DNA from: Alphaproteobacteria bacterium | GTDB taxonomy: Bacteria; Pseudomonadota; Alphaproteobacteria; Elsterales; Elsteraceae | Reading direction: 5' to 3' | Assembly: GCA_043721315.1 (NCBI GenBank) | Contig: JAYSQZ010000036.1 | Location: 533-64,532, forward strand | Length of the DNA: 64,000 bases | Shown here: piece after piece, positions 21,851 to 30,890 of the stretch | How positions within the stretch are numbered: the first letter of the stretch is position 1 | Layout: each line of letters starts with the position of its first letter | Program-made: the position numbers and the translations under genes | The notes under the pieces: model-generated | Database searches by the model: none | Seen by the model: the letters and a program-made list of their open reading frames with translations, nothing else | Told to the model about the DNA's origin: nothing

Positions 21851-23010
21851 TCGCTTAAAAGATAGCCCTGCCGATGGGAGAGTGGCACCGTGCCGACAAC
21901 TTTCGCCACCTGAAACCCAGCGCGGACGTTATGGGTATGGCGCATCACTAGAATGAACCCGTCGGTTGTGGCTTTAATTGGCGTGCGGGCGTGGGTAAGG
22001 GGGTTGACCACTTCTGCCACCAATTCCCCCATTTTAACTCGGTCCCCAAGCCCTACCTTATAAACCAATACGCCCGCAATCGGCGAGATCAGCAGGTCGG
22101 AGGCGGTCAGATCGGTGGCGTCATTCACCAGGGCGGGGAGGGGGCCGGGGTCGCCCGCGATCACGCCGCGCCGTTGCAAAAAGCGATAGAGGGCCGCCGC
22201 GTCTTTCCCCGCAAGCTCGTCGGTAACATCGCTTTCGCCGCGCAACTCCACCGTTGTGGCGAGGCAGGCGGGCGGAATCGGCTTATCGGGGAAAGTCCGC
22301 GCTAAATACCACCAGGGGCCGCCGATAGCTTCATCCAGCGACGATCCGCCCGAATCCTCGGCCAGCAAAGTGGCGTGCGCGCCCAATTCGGCGGCTAAAT
22401 CGGTCGCGTTTGGCCACAGCGGCGTGCCGATGTAAAGGTGCATCAGCGCGCGCGTGTCGCAGTGCAGATCAAGGGCAATATCGGCATCAATCGCGCGGCT
22501 TAGGATCGCGAGGCGCAGGAAATCCATCTCCTGAATGGGGTCGATCTCGGCCAGAATCTCCCGCAGGGTTTGGCGTATCAGCGCGACGTTGGCGGCGGCA
22601 TCGTCGGTGAGTTGAGTGCCGATGCGTTTGGCCACTTCCGGCCCGAGCACGGGATAGCCCCGGTTGAAGTTACCAACGCGGCCCAACTCGAACCGCCCAA
22701 CGTGGGTGTTATTCACCCATTGCGAGAGGCCGATGGGGTTGGTGAAGGGCACCAGAATGATTTCGCCCAAAATCTCGCCGCGCGCGGCTGCCGCATCCAG
22801 CAAACGGCCCAAGTGATCGCAGACCAGTAAACCCGGCAGTTCATCGGCGTGCAGCCCGGCGTGAATATAGGCTTTCGGCCCAGTGCCCGGCCCAGTGCCC
22901 GGCCCAGTACTCGGAGTACCGTAGCGCAATGCGGTCCAGCTTCGGGTCGTGCCCAAAGCGGGGTCGGGGAAGGAAACGGTGTCGCGCGTGATCGGATTGG
23001 GGGTCGGCAT
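21847..23010 (-). CDS. Succinylglutamate desuccinylase/aspartoacylase family (M14) metallopeptidase
   Basis: HADE zinc motif, NFNRGYP, DLHCD, TVELRG, C-terminal biotinyl-like domain. Confidence 0.9.
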   Translation of the reverse strand: MPTPNPITRDTVSFPDPALGTTRSWTALRYGTPSTGPGTGPGTGPKAYIHAGLHADELPGLLVCDHLGRLLDAAAARGEILGEIILVPFTNPIGLSQWVNNTHVGRFELGRVGNFNRGYPVLGPEVAKRIGTQLTDDAAANVALIRQTLREILAEIDPIQEMDFLRLAILSRAIDADIALDLHCDTRALMHLYIGTPLWPNATDLAAELGAHATLLAEDSGGSSLDEAIGGPWWYLARTFPDKPIPPACLATTVELRGESDVTDELAGKDAAALYRFLQRRGVIAGDPGPLPALVNDATDLTASDLLISPIAGVLVYKVGLGDRVKMGELVAEVVNPLTHARTPIKATTDGFILVMRHTHNVRAGFQVAKVVGTVPLSHRQGYLLSD

Positions 23011-23089
23011 TTTCGGCGGTACATCCTTGGCTCATCCACGCCCAGCGTAGGAGGCAGCAGGATAGCAACGGAAAAGGGGCGCTCCAAGC

Positions 23090-23228
23090 CTATAGCGTCG
23101 TGCGTTAAATTAGACGCACGACGCTATAGGTTATTTTTTAGCCCTCGCCGGGCGGACGCATCCGCGCCCTTGGCCGCCGCCGCAAGGCGGCTTTAGATCT
23201 GCGTCCGATTTAACGCACGCAGATCTAA
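23090..23228. repeat. ~140-bp multi-hairpin intergenic repeat, copy 2 (same orientation as copy 1)
   Basis: Same four-hairpin layout as 21710-21850 with compensatory substitutions. Confidence 0.92.
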
Positions 23229-23281
23229 GCCCGCAGCGCCCCTTCAATCCAAATATTATGCTGAAACCAAGGCGATAAACC

Positions 23282-24604
23282 TTAGTTCATTTTGATACCC
23301 GTGCCGTCAACCAGCAGAATCTTCGTCGTGCCGCCGTCGATACCGAAATCATCATCGTTAATCAGCATGAGGCGACCGTCGCCGGCCAGCGCCATACCTT
23401 CCAGCTTCACTGGAACTTCCGGGTAGGCGGCACTATCGAAGCGAATGGTTTTCTTCAGCGCCTTGACGGCGGGATTATCCGCTGGGGTGGCTTCTAGCGA
23501 CGGCGTGGTCGCAACATCATCCCAAGCCGAGCCGAGGATATTACCGTCGGCGGTCAGGGCCACTTCGTAGAGGCGCGTGGTTTTCTCGGTACGCTCCAGC
23601 ACGATCACGCGGTCGCCCGAGAGCACCATCATTTCCGAAATGCGAACGGTGCTGTTATTCGGGTTTTTCTCGCCGGGATAGGTTGCGATGGGATCCATCG
23701 GATAGACCCACTCGCCCAGCAGCTTGCCGCTAACGCGATCGAGCTTATAGAGGCGGGAGTTGACGGCACCTTGGTAGGTTTTCGCGTCCGGGTTCGCCAG
23801 CGGGTTTTGCATCAGAAAGTAAATTGCGGCTTCGTCTGGCGACATGCCGAGAGATTCGATGCCCCGGTTCAGGCTGCGCTTCGTGAGAAGCGCGGGCAGG
23901 CTGCCGATGGTTTCATAGTCGGCGGCGGCAAAATCTTTTTCGGTGCCGGTCGGAACGAAGCGGCGTTGAATGCGGCCTTCGGCATCGAACTGCATAAGGC
24001 TGGGGCCGTTTTCATCGCCGACCCATAGGCTGCCGTCTTTCAGCACGGCGATGCCTTCCATATCAATCCCGTTGGGGTCTTGATTCAGCTTTGCGCCTGT
24101 ACCGTCGAGCGGGATTTCGGTGGAGGCTACCGTCAGCGGATTCAGCAGGCCCGACGTGGGTTTGCCGCTTTTCGTTTTGGCGGGGGTAACGCTGACCAGC
24201 TTGAACGTCTTGGTCGCTGGGTCAAGCTCCACCTGATAGATAGATGGGCTATAGGCCGGGCGCGGGTAAACGCGGCCATTCTTTGGCGCTTCTTTGCACA
24301 ATTCTTCTTTATTCGCGCCATAGCCTTCCAAATCGCCGCAGACGATGTTCGGGCCGCGATCCGAGACAGTATAGAAGCGGAAGGGCGCATCGCCCGCGCG
24401 GCGGAACGCGCCCGAGCCGATGCCGATGGTCAGCGTCATTTCTTTTTGCGAGGTTTTGAGCGTGTAAGGCCCGTCTTTCAGCCCGGCATCGGTCGAGGTG
24501 AAGACGGTGATGTCCACCTTCGGGGCGGTTTGCGGGGCCTGAGCCACCGCGACGGCGGCGACGGAAAGGCTGCCCAACAGGGCCAACAGCGAAACGGCAC
24601 GCAT
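23282..24604 (-). CDS. Secreted esterase-like activity of phytase family protein
   Basis: Signal peptide; SDRGPN, DMEGI, GDENGP, NRGIE, KLEGM, NDDDFG beta-propeller motifs. Confidence 0.85.
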   Translation of the reverse strand: MRAVSLLALLGSLSVAAVAVAQAPQTAPKVDITVFTSTDAGLKDGPYTLKTSQKEMTLTIGIGSGAFRRAGDAPFRFYTVSDRGPNIVCGDLEGYGANKEELCKEAPKNGRVYPRPAYSPSIYQVELDPATKTFKLVSVTPAKTKSGKPTSGLLNPLTVASTEIPLDGTGAKLNQDPNGIDMEGIAVLKDGSLWVGDENGPSLMQFDAEGRIQRRFVPTGTEKDFAAADYETIGSLPALLTKRSLNRGIESLGMSPDEAAIYFLMQNPLANPDAKTYQGAVNSRLYKLDRVSGKLLGEWVYPMDPIATYPGEKNPNNSTVRISEMMVLSGDRVIVLERTEKTTRLYEVALTADGNILGSAWDDVATTPSLEATPADNPAVKALKKTIRFDSAAYPEVPVKLEGMALAGDGRLMLINDDDFGIDGGTTKILLVDGTGIKMN

Positions 24605-24719
24605 GGGTAATCTCCCAAGAGAAAAGCAAAAACTAAAGCCGAGTTCTAACGGCAGATTATGACAGTCTGAGGAGCCTTTGCCCCTTGTCGCGCGGCCCCC
24701 GAACCCCCAGGCTTATGGC

Positions 24720-25910
24720 ATGTTATTTCCTGCACTGCCTGAAAAACCCGTTCCGCCCTCGGTTGCCCGCGTGCGCGGCGTGGATGCCATCGCCACGATT
24801 GCGGCTGCCGATTGGGACGCCTGCGCGGGATCGGGTAACCCCTTCGTCAGCCACGCTTTTTTGGCAGCGATGGAAGATAGCGGCTCGGTTAGCCTGCGAA
24901 CAGGGTGGGTGCCCCGGCATTTGATTGCCGAAAGTTCTGACGGGCGCATCGTCGGCACGGTACCCTTATATCTAAAAGGCCATTCTTGGGGCGAATATGT
25001 GTTCGATCAAGGCTGGGCCGATGCGTTTCAGCGGGCGGGCGGGGCCTATTATCCCAAGCTGCAAGGCGCCGTGCCTTTCACCCCCGTGCCGGGGCCGCGC
25101 CTGCTGGTCGCCCCCGATGCGCCGCCAGGCACGCGTCACAAGCTGGCCGAAGCCCTCGTTGAGACCGTCAAAAGCTTAGGACTATCGTCGGTCCATCTCA
25201 CGTTTGTGGTCGATGCGGATATGGACGCCCTGCTGGCGGTGGGGTTTTTGGAGCGTCACGGCTATCAGTTCCACTGGCAAAACCGGGGCTATGGCCACTT
25301 CGACGATTTCCTAGGCGAGCTTGCTAGCCGCAAGCGGAAAGCCATTCGGAAGGAACGCGAGAGCGTTGCCGCCAGCGGCCTTACGATCCGCACGTTAGTC
25401 GGGCCTGATATTGAGGCGCGGCACTGGGACGCTTTTTATGATTTCTACCTTGCAACGGTCGATAAACGCTGGGGTTCGGCCTATCTCACGCGGCCATTCT
25501 TCGACCGGATTGCCGAAACCCTGACTGACCGGGTGGTGCTGATGGTGGCCGAAGACGGGTGCGGGGTGCCCGTTGCGGGCGCGCTCAACCTACGCGGGGC
25601 CGATACGCTTTATGGGCGAAACTGGGGCGCGGTTGTTGATGTGCCGTTCCTGCACTTCGAGCTGTGCTACTACCGCGCGCTCGATTACGCCATTGCGGAA
25701 GGATTGGCGACGGTGGAGGCGGGCGCGCAGGGGGAGCATAAGCTCCAGCGCGGCTACCTGCCGTCGCGCACCCGCTCGGCCCATTGGATCGCCAACCCCA
25801 GCTTTCGCAGAGCGGTGGAGAATTTCCTCGACCAAGAGCGCCCTACGGTTGCCGAGCAGATGGTGGCGCTGCTGCCCCTGTCGCCGTTCAAGCGCAATGG
25901 CGAGGGTTAA
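24720..25910 (+). CDS. DUF482 / FemAB-like GNAT-fold protein (start uncertain, 24678 or 24720)
   Basis: KGHSWGEYVFDQGWADA, YYPKL, LHFELCYY, EAGAQGEHKLQRGY. Confidence 0.88.
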   Translation: MLFPALPEKPVPPSVARVRGVDAIATIAAADWDACAGSGNPFVSHAFLAAMEDSGSVSLRTGWVPRHLIAESSDGRIVGTVPLYLKGHSWGEYVFDQGWADAFQRAGGAYYPKLQGAVPFTPVPGPRLLVAPDAPPGTRHKLAEALVETVKSLGLSSVHLTFVVDADMDALLAVGFLERHGYQFHWQNRGYGHFDDFLGELASRKRKAIRKERESVAASGLTIRTLVGPDIEARHWDAFYDFYLATVDKRWGSAYLTRPFFDRIAETLTDRVVLMVAEDGCGVPVAGALNLRGADTLYGRNWGAVVDVPFLHFELCYYRALDYAIAEGLATVEAGAQGEHKLQRGYLPSRTRSAHWIANPSFRRAVENFLDQERPTVAEQMVALLPLSPFKRNGEG

Positions 25911-25984
25911 CGGACTGGATTCATTCTGCGGCTGGTGCCATAATCGGCACCGACATTCGATTGGGAACAGCGTAAGGGATTAGC

Positions 25985-26341
25985 ATGTCGCTCGGCACTC
26001 GGCTTTATACGTGGCGGAACGGTGAATTGGTCGGCGAAGACGAATTCGGCAACCGCTATTATCGCGAGAAAAAAGTAGCGTCGGTGCGCGATTCAAAGCG
26101 CTGGGTGCTCTACAAAGGCGAACCCGAAGCCTCGAAAGTGCCGCCGCAGTGGCACCGCTGGTTGCATAAAACGACCGATGACGTGCCGTTGAAGAACGCG
26201 CCCGTTCGCCCGTGGCAAAAGCCGCATCTGCCGAACCTTACGGGGACAGAGCTTGCCTATCGCCCGCCGGGTCACGCGCTGGCCGGCAATCGTCGCGATA
26301 AGGCGACCGGTGATTACGAAGCCTGGAAGCCGGAAGACTGA
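25985..26341 (+). CDS. NADH:ubiquinone oxidoreductase subunit NDUFA12 family
   Basis: GEDEFGNRYY, RWVLY, EASKVPPQWHRWLH, NLTGT, DYEAWKP. Confidence 0.95.
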   Translation: MSLGTRLYTWRNGELVGEDEFGNRYYREKKVASVRDSKRWVLYKGEPEASKVPPQWHRWLHKTTDDVPLKNAPVRPWQKPHLPNLTGTELAYRPPGHALAGNRRDKATGDYEAWKPED

Positions 26342-26371
26342 GTTTAAGTTAAGCAAAGGGATAGCGCGGTT

Positions 26372-26848
26372 ATGCAGCGGAATGTCATGGAAACCTTGGT
26401 CGGGGCCTTCGTGCTTGTCGTGGCCCTTGCGTTCGGCTGGTACGCCTATTCCACAACCTCGATTCGGGGTGCGCGCGGGGCGTATGAATTGTCTGCACGG
26501 TTCGACCGGGCGGACGGGCTTGCCATCGGCACCGATGTGCGGGTAAGCGGCATTAAAGTTGGCTCCGTCACGGCGATTACTCTCGATCCGGCCACTTTCT
26601 TCGCCCAGGTGCGCTTTGCCTTACGGTCAGACGTGAAACTGCCCGAAGATACCGTGGCAGAAATCGCCGCCGAAGGGTTGCTGGGGGGGCGCTATCTTAA
26701 TATCAACCCTGGTAATGCCGACCGTGTTTTAGCAGCGGGCGAGGCCATAAAATTCACTAAATCTTCGGCGGATTTCTTGCAGATGATCGGCAAATTCCTG
26801 TTCTCCGCCACTGAGGATAAATCGAAAGCGGGCGCGCCCCAACCGTGA
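26372..26848 (+). CDS. mlaD: Outer-membrane lipid asymmetry MCE protein MlaD
   Basis: ETLVGAFVL TM, GTDVRVSGIKVGSV, GLLGGRYLNINPG. Confidence 0.92.
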   Translation: MQRNVMETLVGAFVLVVALAFGWYAYSTTSIRGARGAYELSARFDRADGLAIGTDVRVSGIKVGSVTAITLDPATFFAQVRFALRSDVKLPEDTVAEIAAEGLLGGRYLNINPGNADRVLAAGEAIKFTKSSADFLQMIGKFLFSATEDKSKAGAPQP

Positions 26849-27345
26849 GGCTCGGTCTTTTTTTGACGCTGACGGGTTTGGTGCTGGCCTCGGGCGCGGC
26901 GCTCGCACAGCAGGCTTCGCCGCGCCCGCCAGTCGCCCAATCGCCTGTCCAGTCGCCTGCCCCGCAAACTCTGCCACAACCAACACCGCCGCCCGCAAAG
27001 CCCGTGGCCGTGTTGCAAGGGCTGGATAAGGTAACCGCGCGCGTCTCCAAACTCACGGTTCCGGTTGGGGAGGCGGCCACTTTCGGCAGCCTTACCATCC
27101 ATATAGAGGCTTGCATCAAGCGCCCACCGGAAGAGCCGCCGGAGAATGCCGCGTTTTTGCGGATCATTGATCGTCCTGTGCAATCGACCGCGCCGCAGAA
27201 AGCCACCGCTGTACCCAGCGATCCTTTCGTCGCGGGGGGCGACCGCGTGATTTTCTCTGGTTGGATGTTTGCCTCCTCCCCGGCGCTGCACCCGCTGGAG
27301 CATCCGGTCTTCGATATTATCCTGCTGGACTGCCGCGCGCGTTAG
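26845..27345 (+). CDS. DUF2155 domain-containing protein
   Basis: LQGLDKVTARV, FSGWMFASSPALHPLEHPVFDI. Confidence 0.92.
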   Translation: MRLGLFLTLTGLVLASGAALAQQASPRPPVAQSPVQSPAPQTLPQPTPPPAKPVAVLQGLDKVTARVSKLTVPVGEAATFGSLTIHIEACIKRPPEEPPENAAFLRIIDRPVQSTAPQKATAVPSDPFVAGGDRVIFSGWMFASSPALHPLEHPVFDIILLDCRAR

Positions 27346-27374
27346 AGTCCGACATTAACCTGGGAATATGTTTG

Positions 27375-29462
27375 ATGCTTCGCCAAAGCGCGTTTCCGCC
27401 CCCGCCCGTTGCGGCCCCAAAAGCCTTCACTCATGCCGATGGCCGGGCCGATGCTTGGGCGTGGTTGCGGGATCCGGGCTATCCCGACGTGACCGATCCC
27501 GAGATTCTCGGCTATCTTGCGGCTGAAAACGCTTATGTGGAAACTGTGCTGGGCGGCACGCACGACCTGCGCCCGGCCCTCCTGGCCGAGTTGAAAAGCC
27601 GGATCATCGAGGACGAACGCACGCCACCCGAGTGGGAACACGGTGTTTGGCTATGGGCGCGGTATCAGCCGGGGCAGCAATATCTTCAGACCTGCCTTGC
27701 CGCCTCGCTGGAGGATGCAAAGGCCAATCGCGGCACGGTGATCTTCGACCAGAACGCGCGGGCGGCGGGCAAGGCATATTATGCCTTGCGTGGACTCGAA
27801 CTCTCCCCCGACCGGAATGTGCTTGCCGTCTTGGAGGATACCGACGGCTCGGAACGGCTGGTGCTGCGGGTGAAAGATTTGGCCAGTGGTGACTTCCTGC
27901 CGCTCGAAATTGCAGACTGCACCTATGGGCTGGAATGGTCTGCCGATAGCCGCCGGATTTTCTACGTCAAGCAAGACGCGCAGCAGCGCCCACGCTGGGT
28001 TTATGCCCACACGCTTGGCAGCGATCCCGCGACCGATACGCTGATCTACCATGAGGCGGACCCGAGCTTTTATCTCAGCATCGGGCGCGGGGCGAGCGGG
28101 CGGTATTTGATGATTGATGCCGCGCAGAAAACCTGCTCGGAGCAGTGGATTTTGCCGCTGGAGGGGGCGGGCGTGCAGCCGCGTTGCCTGAACCCGCGCC
28201 GGGCTAATCATGAATACAGTGCCTTCGATCGCAACGGCGAATGGTTGATTCTCACCAATGACACACACCCGAACTTCCGTGTTGTGCGCGCGCCGCTGGA
28301 CCGTTCGGGGGAAGCCGATTGGCAGGAAGTTATCCCCCCCTCCGAGACGGTTTGCATTGAAGGGGTGAGCGGTGCCGCGCATTTCTGGTGTGTGACGGAG
28401 CGGACGGATGAAGCGCGCAAGCGCGTGCGAATTATCACCGCCGGGCAGGAGAGCGACGCCGGGGCGCAGGAAGTAACCTTCCCCGATGCCGCCTATGCCC
28501 TGTGGGTTTTGCCGGGATATGACTGGCAGCGCCGGACGTTGCGATTGCAGTATGAAACGCTCGCGCGCCCTAAAACCTATTTTGATTATCACGTCGGCAG
28601 CAAGCGCCTGGAAATCGTTCAGCAGACCGAGATTCCGGGCGGGCATGATCCCGACGCTTATCGTGTCGAGCGGCTTTGGGCAACAGCGCCCGATGGCGTG
28701 CGGGTGCCGTTGTCTGTCGTGCGCCGCAAGGATGTGCCGCTGGACGGCACGGCCCCGGCGCTGCTGTACGGCTACGGCTCTTACGGTGCCAGCATGGATG
28801 CCGCCTTCAGCCCTAACCGCCTTAGCCTGCTGAACCGGGGCTTCGTCTATGCCATCGCCCATATTCGCGGCGGGGAGGAGCGGGGACGACGCTGGTATGA
28901 AGACGGTAAGTTTCTGAAAAAGAAGAATAGTTTTACCGACTTCATCGCGGTGGGTGAACATTTGAGTGCAGAAGGCTATGCCCAGAAAGGCCGCATCGCC
29001 TGCATGGGCGGCAGCGCGGGCGGCTTGTTGATGGGGGCCGTTCTTAATTTGCGCCCGGACCTTTGGGGCGCGTCGGTGGCCCAGGTGCCGTTCGTCGATG
29101 TACTCTCGACGATGCTGGACGACAGCCTACCGCTGACCGCGTTTGAGTATGAGGAGTGGGGCAATCCTGCCGATCCGGCCTATTACGCCTATATGCAGAG
29201 CTATAGCCCCTACGATCAGGTATCGGCGCAGCCTTATCCGCCGCTTCTTATCACGGCTGGGTTGAGTGATCCGCGCGTCACCTATTGGGAACCCGCGAAA
29301 TGGGCCGCCAAACTCCGCGCCACCAAAACCGGCGATGCGGCTTTGCTGTTGCGAACGGAAATGACGGCGGGGCATGGCGGCGCATCGGGCCGCTATAAGG
29401 CGCTAGATGAAATCGCCGAAACCTACGCCTTCCTATTGGCGGCGTTGGCCGTAGGGGGCTGA
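27375..29462 (+). CDS. ptrB: S9 family oligopeptidase B (protease II)
   Basis: GGSAGG (Ser), DPRVTYWEPAKW (Asp), AGHGG (His); start trimmed to ATG 27375. Confidence 0.93.
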   Translation: MLRQSAFPPPPVAAPKAFTHADGRADAWAWLRDPGYPDVTDPEILGYLAAENAYVETVLGGTHDLRPALLAELKSRIIEDERTPPEWEHGVWLWARYQPGQQYLQTCLAASLEDAKANRGTVIFDQNARAAGKAYYALRGLELSPDRNVLAVLEDTDGSERLVLRVKDLASGDFLPLEIADCTYGLEWSADSRRIFYVKQDAQQRPRWVYAHTLGSDPATDTLIYHEADPSFYLSIGRGASGRYLMIDAAQKTCSEQWILPLEGAGVQPRCLNPRRANHEYSAFDRNGEWLILTNDTHPNFRVVRAPLDRSGEADWQEVIPPSETVCIEGVSGAAHFWCVTERTDEARKRVRIITAGQESDAGAQEVTFPDAAYALWVLPGYDWQRRTLRLQYETLARPKTYFDYHVGSKRLEIVQQTEIPGGHDPDAYRVERLWATAPDGVRVPLSVVRRKDVPLDGTAPALLYGYGSYGASMDAAFSPNRLSLLNRGFVYAIAHIRGGEERGRRWYEDGKFLKKKNSFTDFIAVGEHLSAEGYAQKGRIACMGGSAGGLLMGAVLNLRPDLWGASVAQVPFVDVLSTMLDDSLPLTAFEYEEWGNPADPAYYAYMQSYSPYDQVSAQPYPPLLITAGLSDPRVTYWEPAKWAAKLRATKTGDAALLLRTEMTAGHGGASGRYKALDEIAETYAFLLAALAVGG

Positions 29463-29669
29463 TGCCCGTTGGCGAGGGCAGCCTTTAGGCAGCGCGCTTG
29501 CGGTAATTTGAACGCAGGTGCGGTAAAGTCACCCCTCGCAGCTAGTTTTGTGCAATTATCAATCGTTTCGTACTTGCGTCTCTTGTCATAATGATCTTGC
29601 CGGGTTGTTTGCGGAGGGCCAGACTAAAAATAGCGCGAACCGCAGAACGCCACCGCGAGGGGTTAGACC

Positions 29670-30890
29670 ATGTTTTTGTATCAGGCTTATAACGCTCAAC
29701 AGGCTGCAATGGAGCCGATGCGCTGGTTTGCCAACGAAGTTCGGACCTTTGCCGGACGCTCCGGTCTAAACCCCACTCTGTCGAACCCGATGATGGATGC
29801 GTTTACCGCTGCCTGCGACGTGGTGGCCGATGCCAAACCGCTGCACGACCGCCCCGATTACGGCATTCGTACCACGCTGGTCGATGGGCATCTGGTGCCG
29901 GTCGAAGAAGAGATTGTGGTGCGGAAGCCGTTCTGCGATCTGCTGCACTTCAAAAAGCCCGGCGTGACGGGGTTGCCCCGCGTGATCGTGTTCGCGCCAA
30001 TGTCTGGCCATTTCTCCACGCTGCTGCGCGGCACGGTGGAAGCCTTGTTGCCCCACCACGACGTGTATATCACCGACTGGGTGAACGCCCGCAATGTGCC
30101 GCTGTGGCAGGGCCACTTCGGGCTGGATGCGTTTATAGATTATTGTATCGAGTTCCTACGTCATCTCGGCTCGGACGTAACCGCGATTGCCGTTTGCCAG
30201 CCTGCCGTGCCGCTGTTGGTGGCCGTATCGGCCTTGGCGCAGATGAATGATCCGGCGCAGCCGCGCGCGATGGTGCTCATGGGCGGGCCGCTCGACACCC
30301 GCGTTAGCCCCACCAAGATCAACGAGTTCGCCCAGTCGAGTTCGATTGAAGCCATCAAGCAAATGGTTATCACCCACGTACCGCCCCCCTACGCGGGCAT
30401 GATGCGGGCGGTGTATCCAGGTTTCTTGCAGCTTTCGGGCTTCATGAGCATGAACATTGGTCGCCACGTTCGTGCTCATCTCGATATGTTCCGTAATCTG
30501 GTTAAGGGCGACGGCGAAAGCGTGACCTCGACCAAGAAGTTCTACAAAGAATACCTAACGGTGATGGACATGCCGGCAGATTTCTATCTGCAAACACTGC
30601 AAACCGTGTTTCAGGATTACGATTTGCCGAATGGTAAGTTCAAATATCGCGACATGCTCATCACGCCAGCGGCGATTGAAAAAACCGCGCTGATGACCGT
30701 GGAAGGCGCTGACGACGATATTTGCGGCCCCGGCCAAACCCAAGCCGCACATATGTTGTGCAGTGGTATCCCAGCGGAACGGCGTATTGATTACGTGCAA
30801 CAAGGCGTTGGCCATTACGGGGTGTTCAACGGGCGTAAGTTCCGTGAACAGATTCTGCCGCGCATTGCCGGGTTTATTAAGACGGCTTAG
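29670..30890 (+). CDS. phaZ: Intracellular polyhydroxyalkanoate depolymerase
   Basis: APMSGHFSTLLRGTV, AVCQP, DDICGPGQT, VGHYGVFNG. Confidence 0.95.
   Translation: MFLYQAYNAQQAAMEPMRWFANEVRTFAGRSGLNPTLSNPMMDAFTAACDVVADAKPLHDRPDYGIRTTLVDGHLVPVEEEIVVRKPFCDLLHFKKPGVTGLPRVIVFAPMSGHFSTLLRGTVEALLPHHDVYITDWVNARNVPLWQGHFGLDAFIDYCIEFLRHLGSDVTAIAVCQPAVPLLVAVSALAQMNDPAQPRAMVLMGGPLDTRVSPTKINEFAQSSSIEAIKQMVITHVPPPYAGMMRAVYPGFLQLSGFMSMNIGRHVRAHLDMFRNLVKGDGESVTSTKKFYKEYLTVMDMPADFYLQTLQTVFQDYDLPNGKFKYRDMLITPAAIEKTALMTVEGADDDICGPGQTQAAHMLCSGIPAERRIDYVQQGVGHYGVFNGRKFREQILPRIAGFIKTA

Noticed and set aside
21710-23228. Possible CRISPR array or composite transposon
   Set aside because: There are only two long copies, with no spacer periodicity, cas genes, transposase or evident target-site duplication. 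Reported as an intergenic repeat instead.
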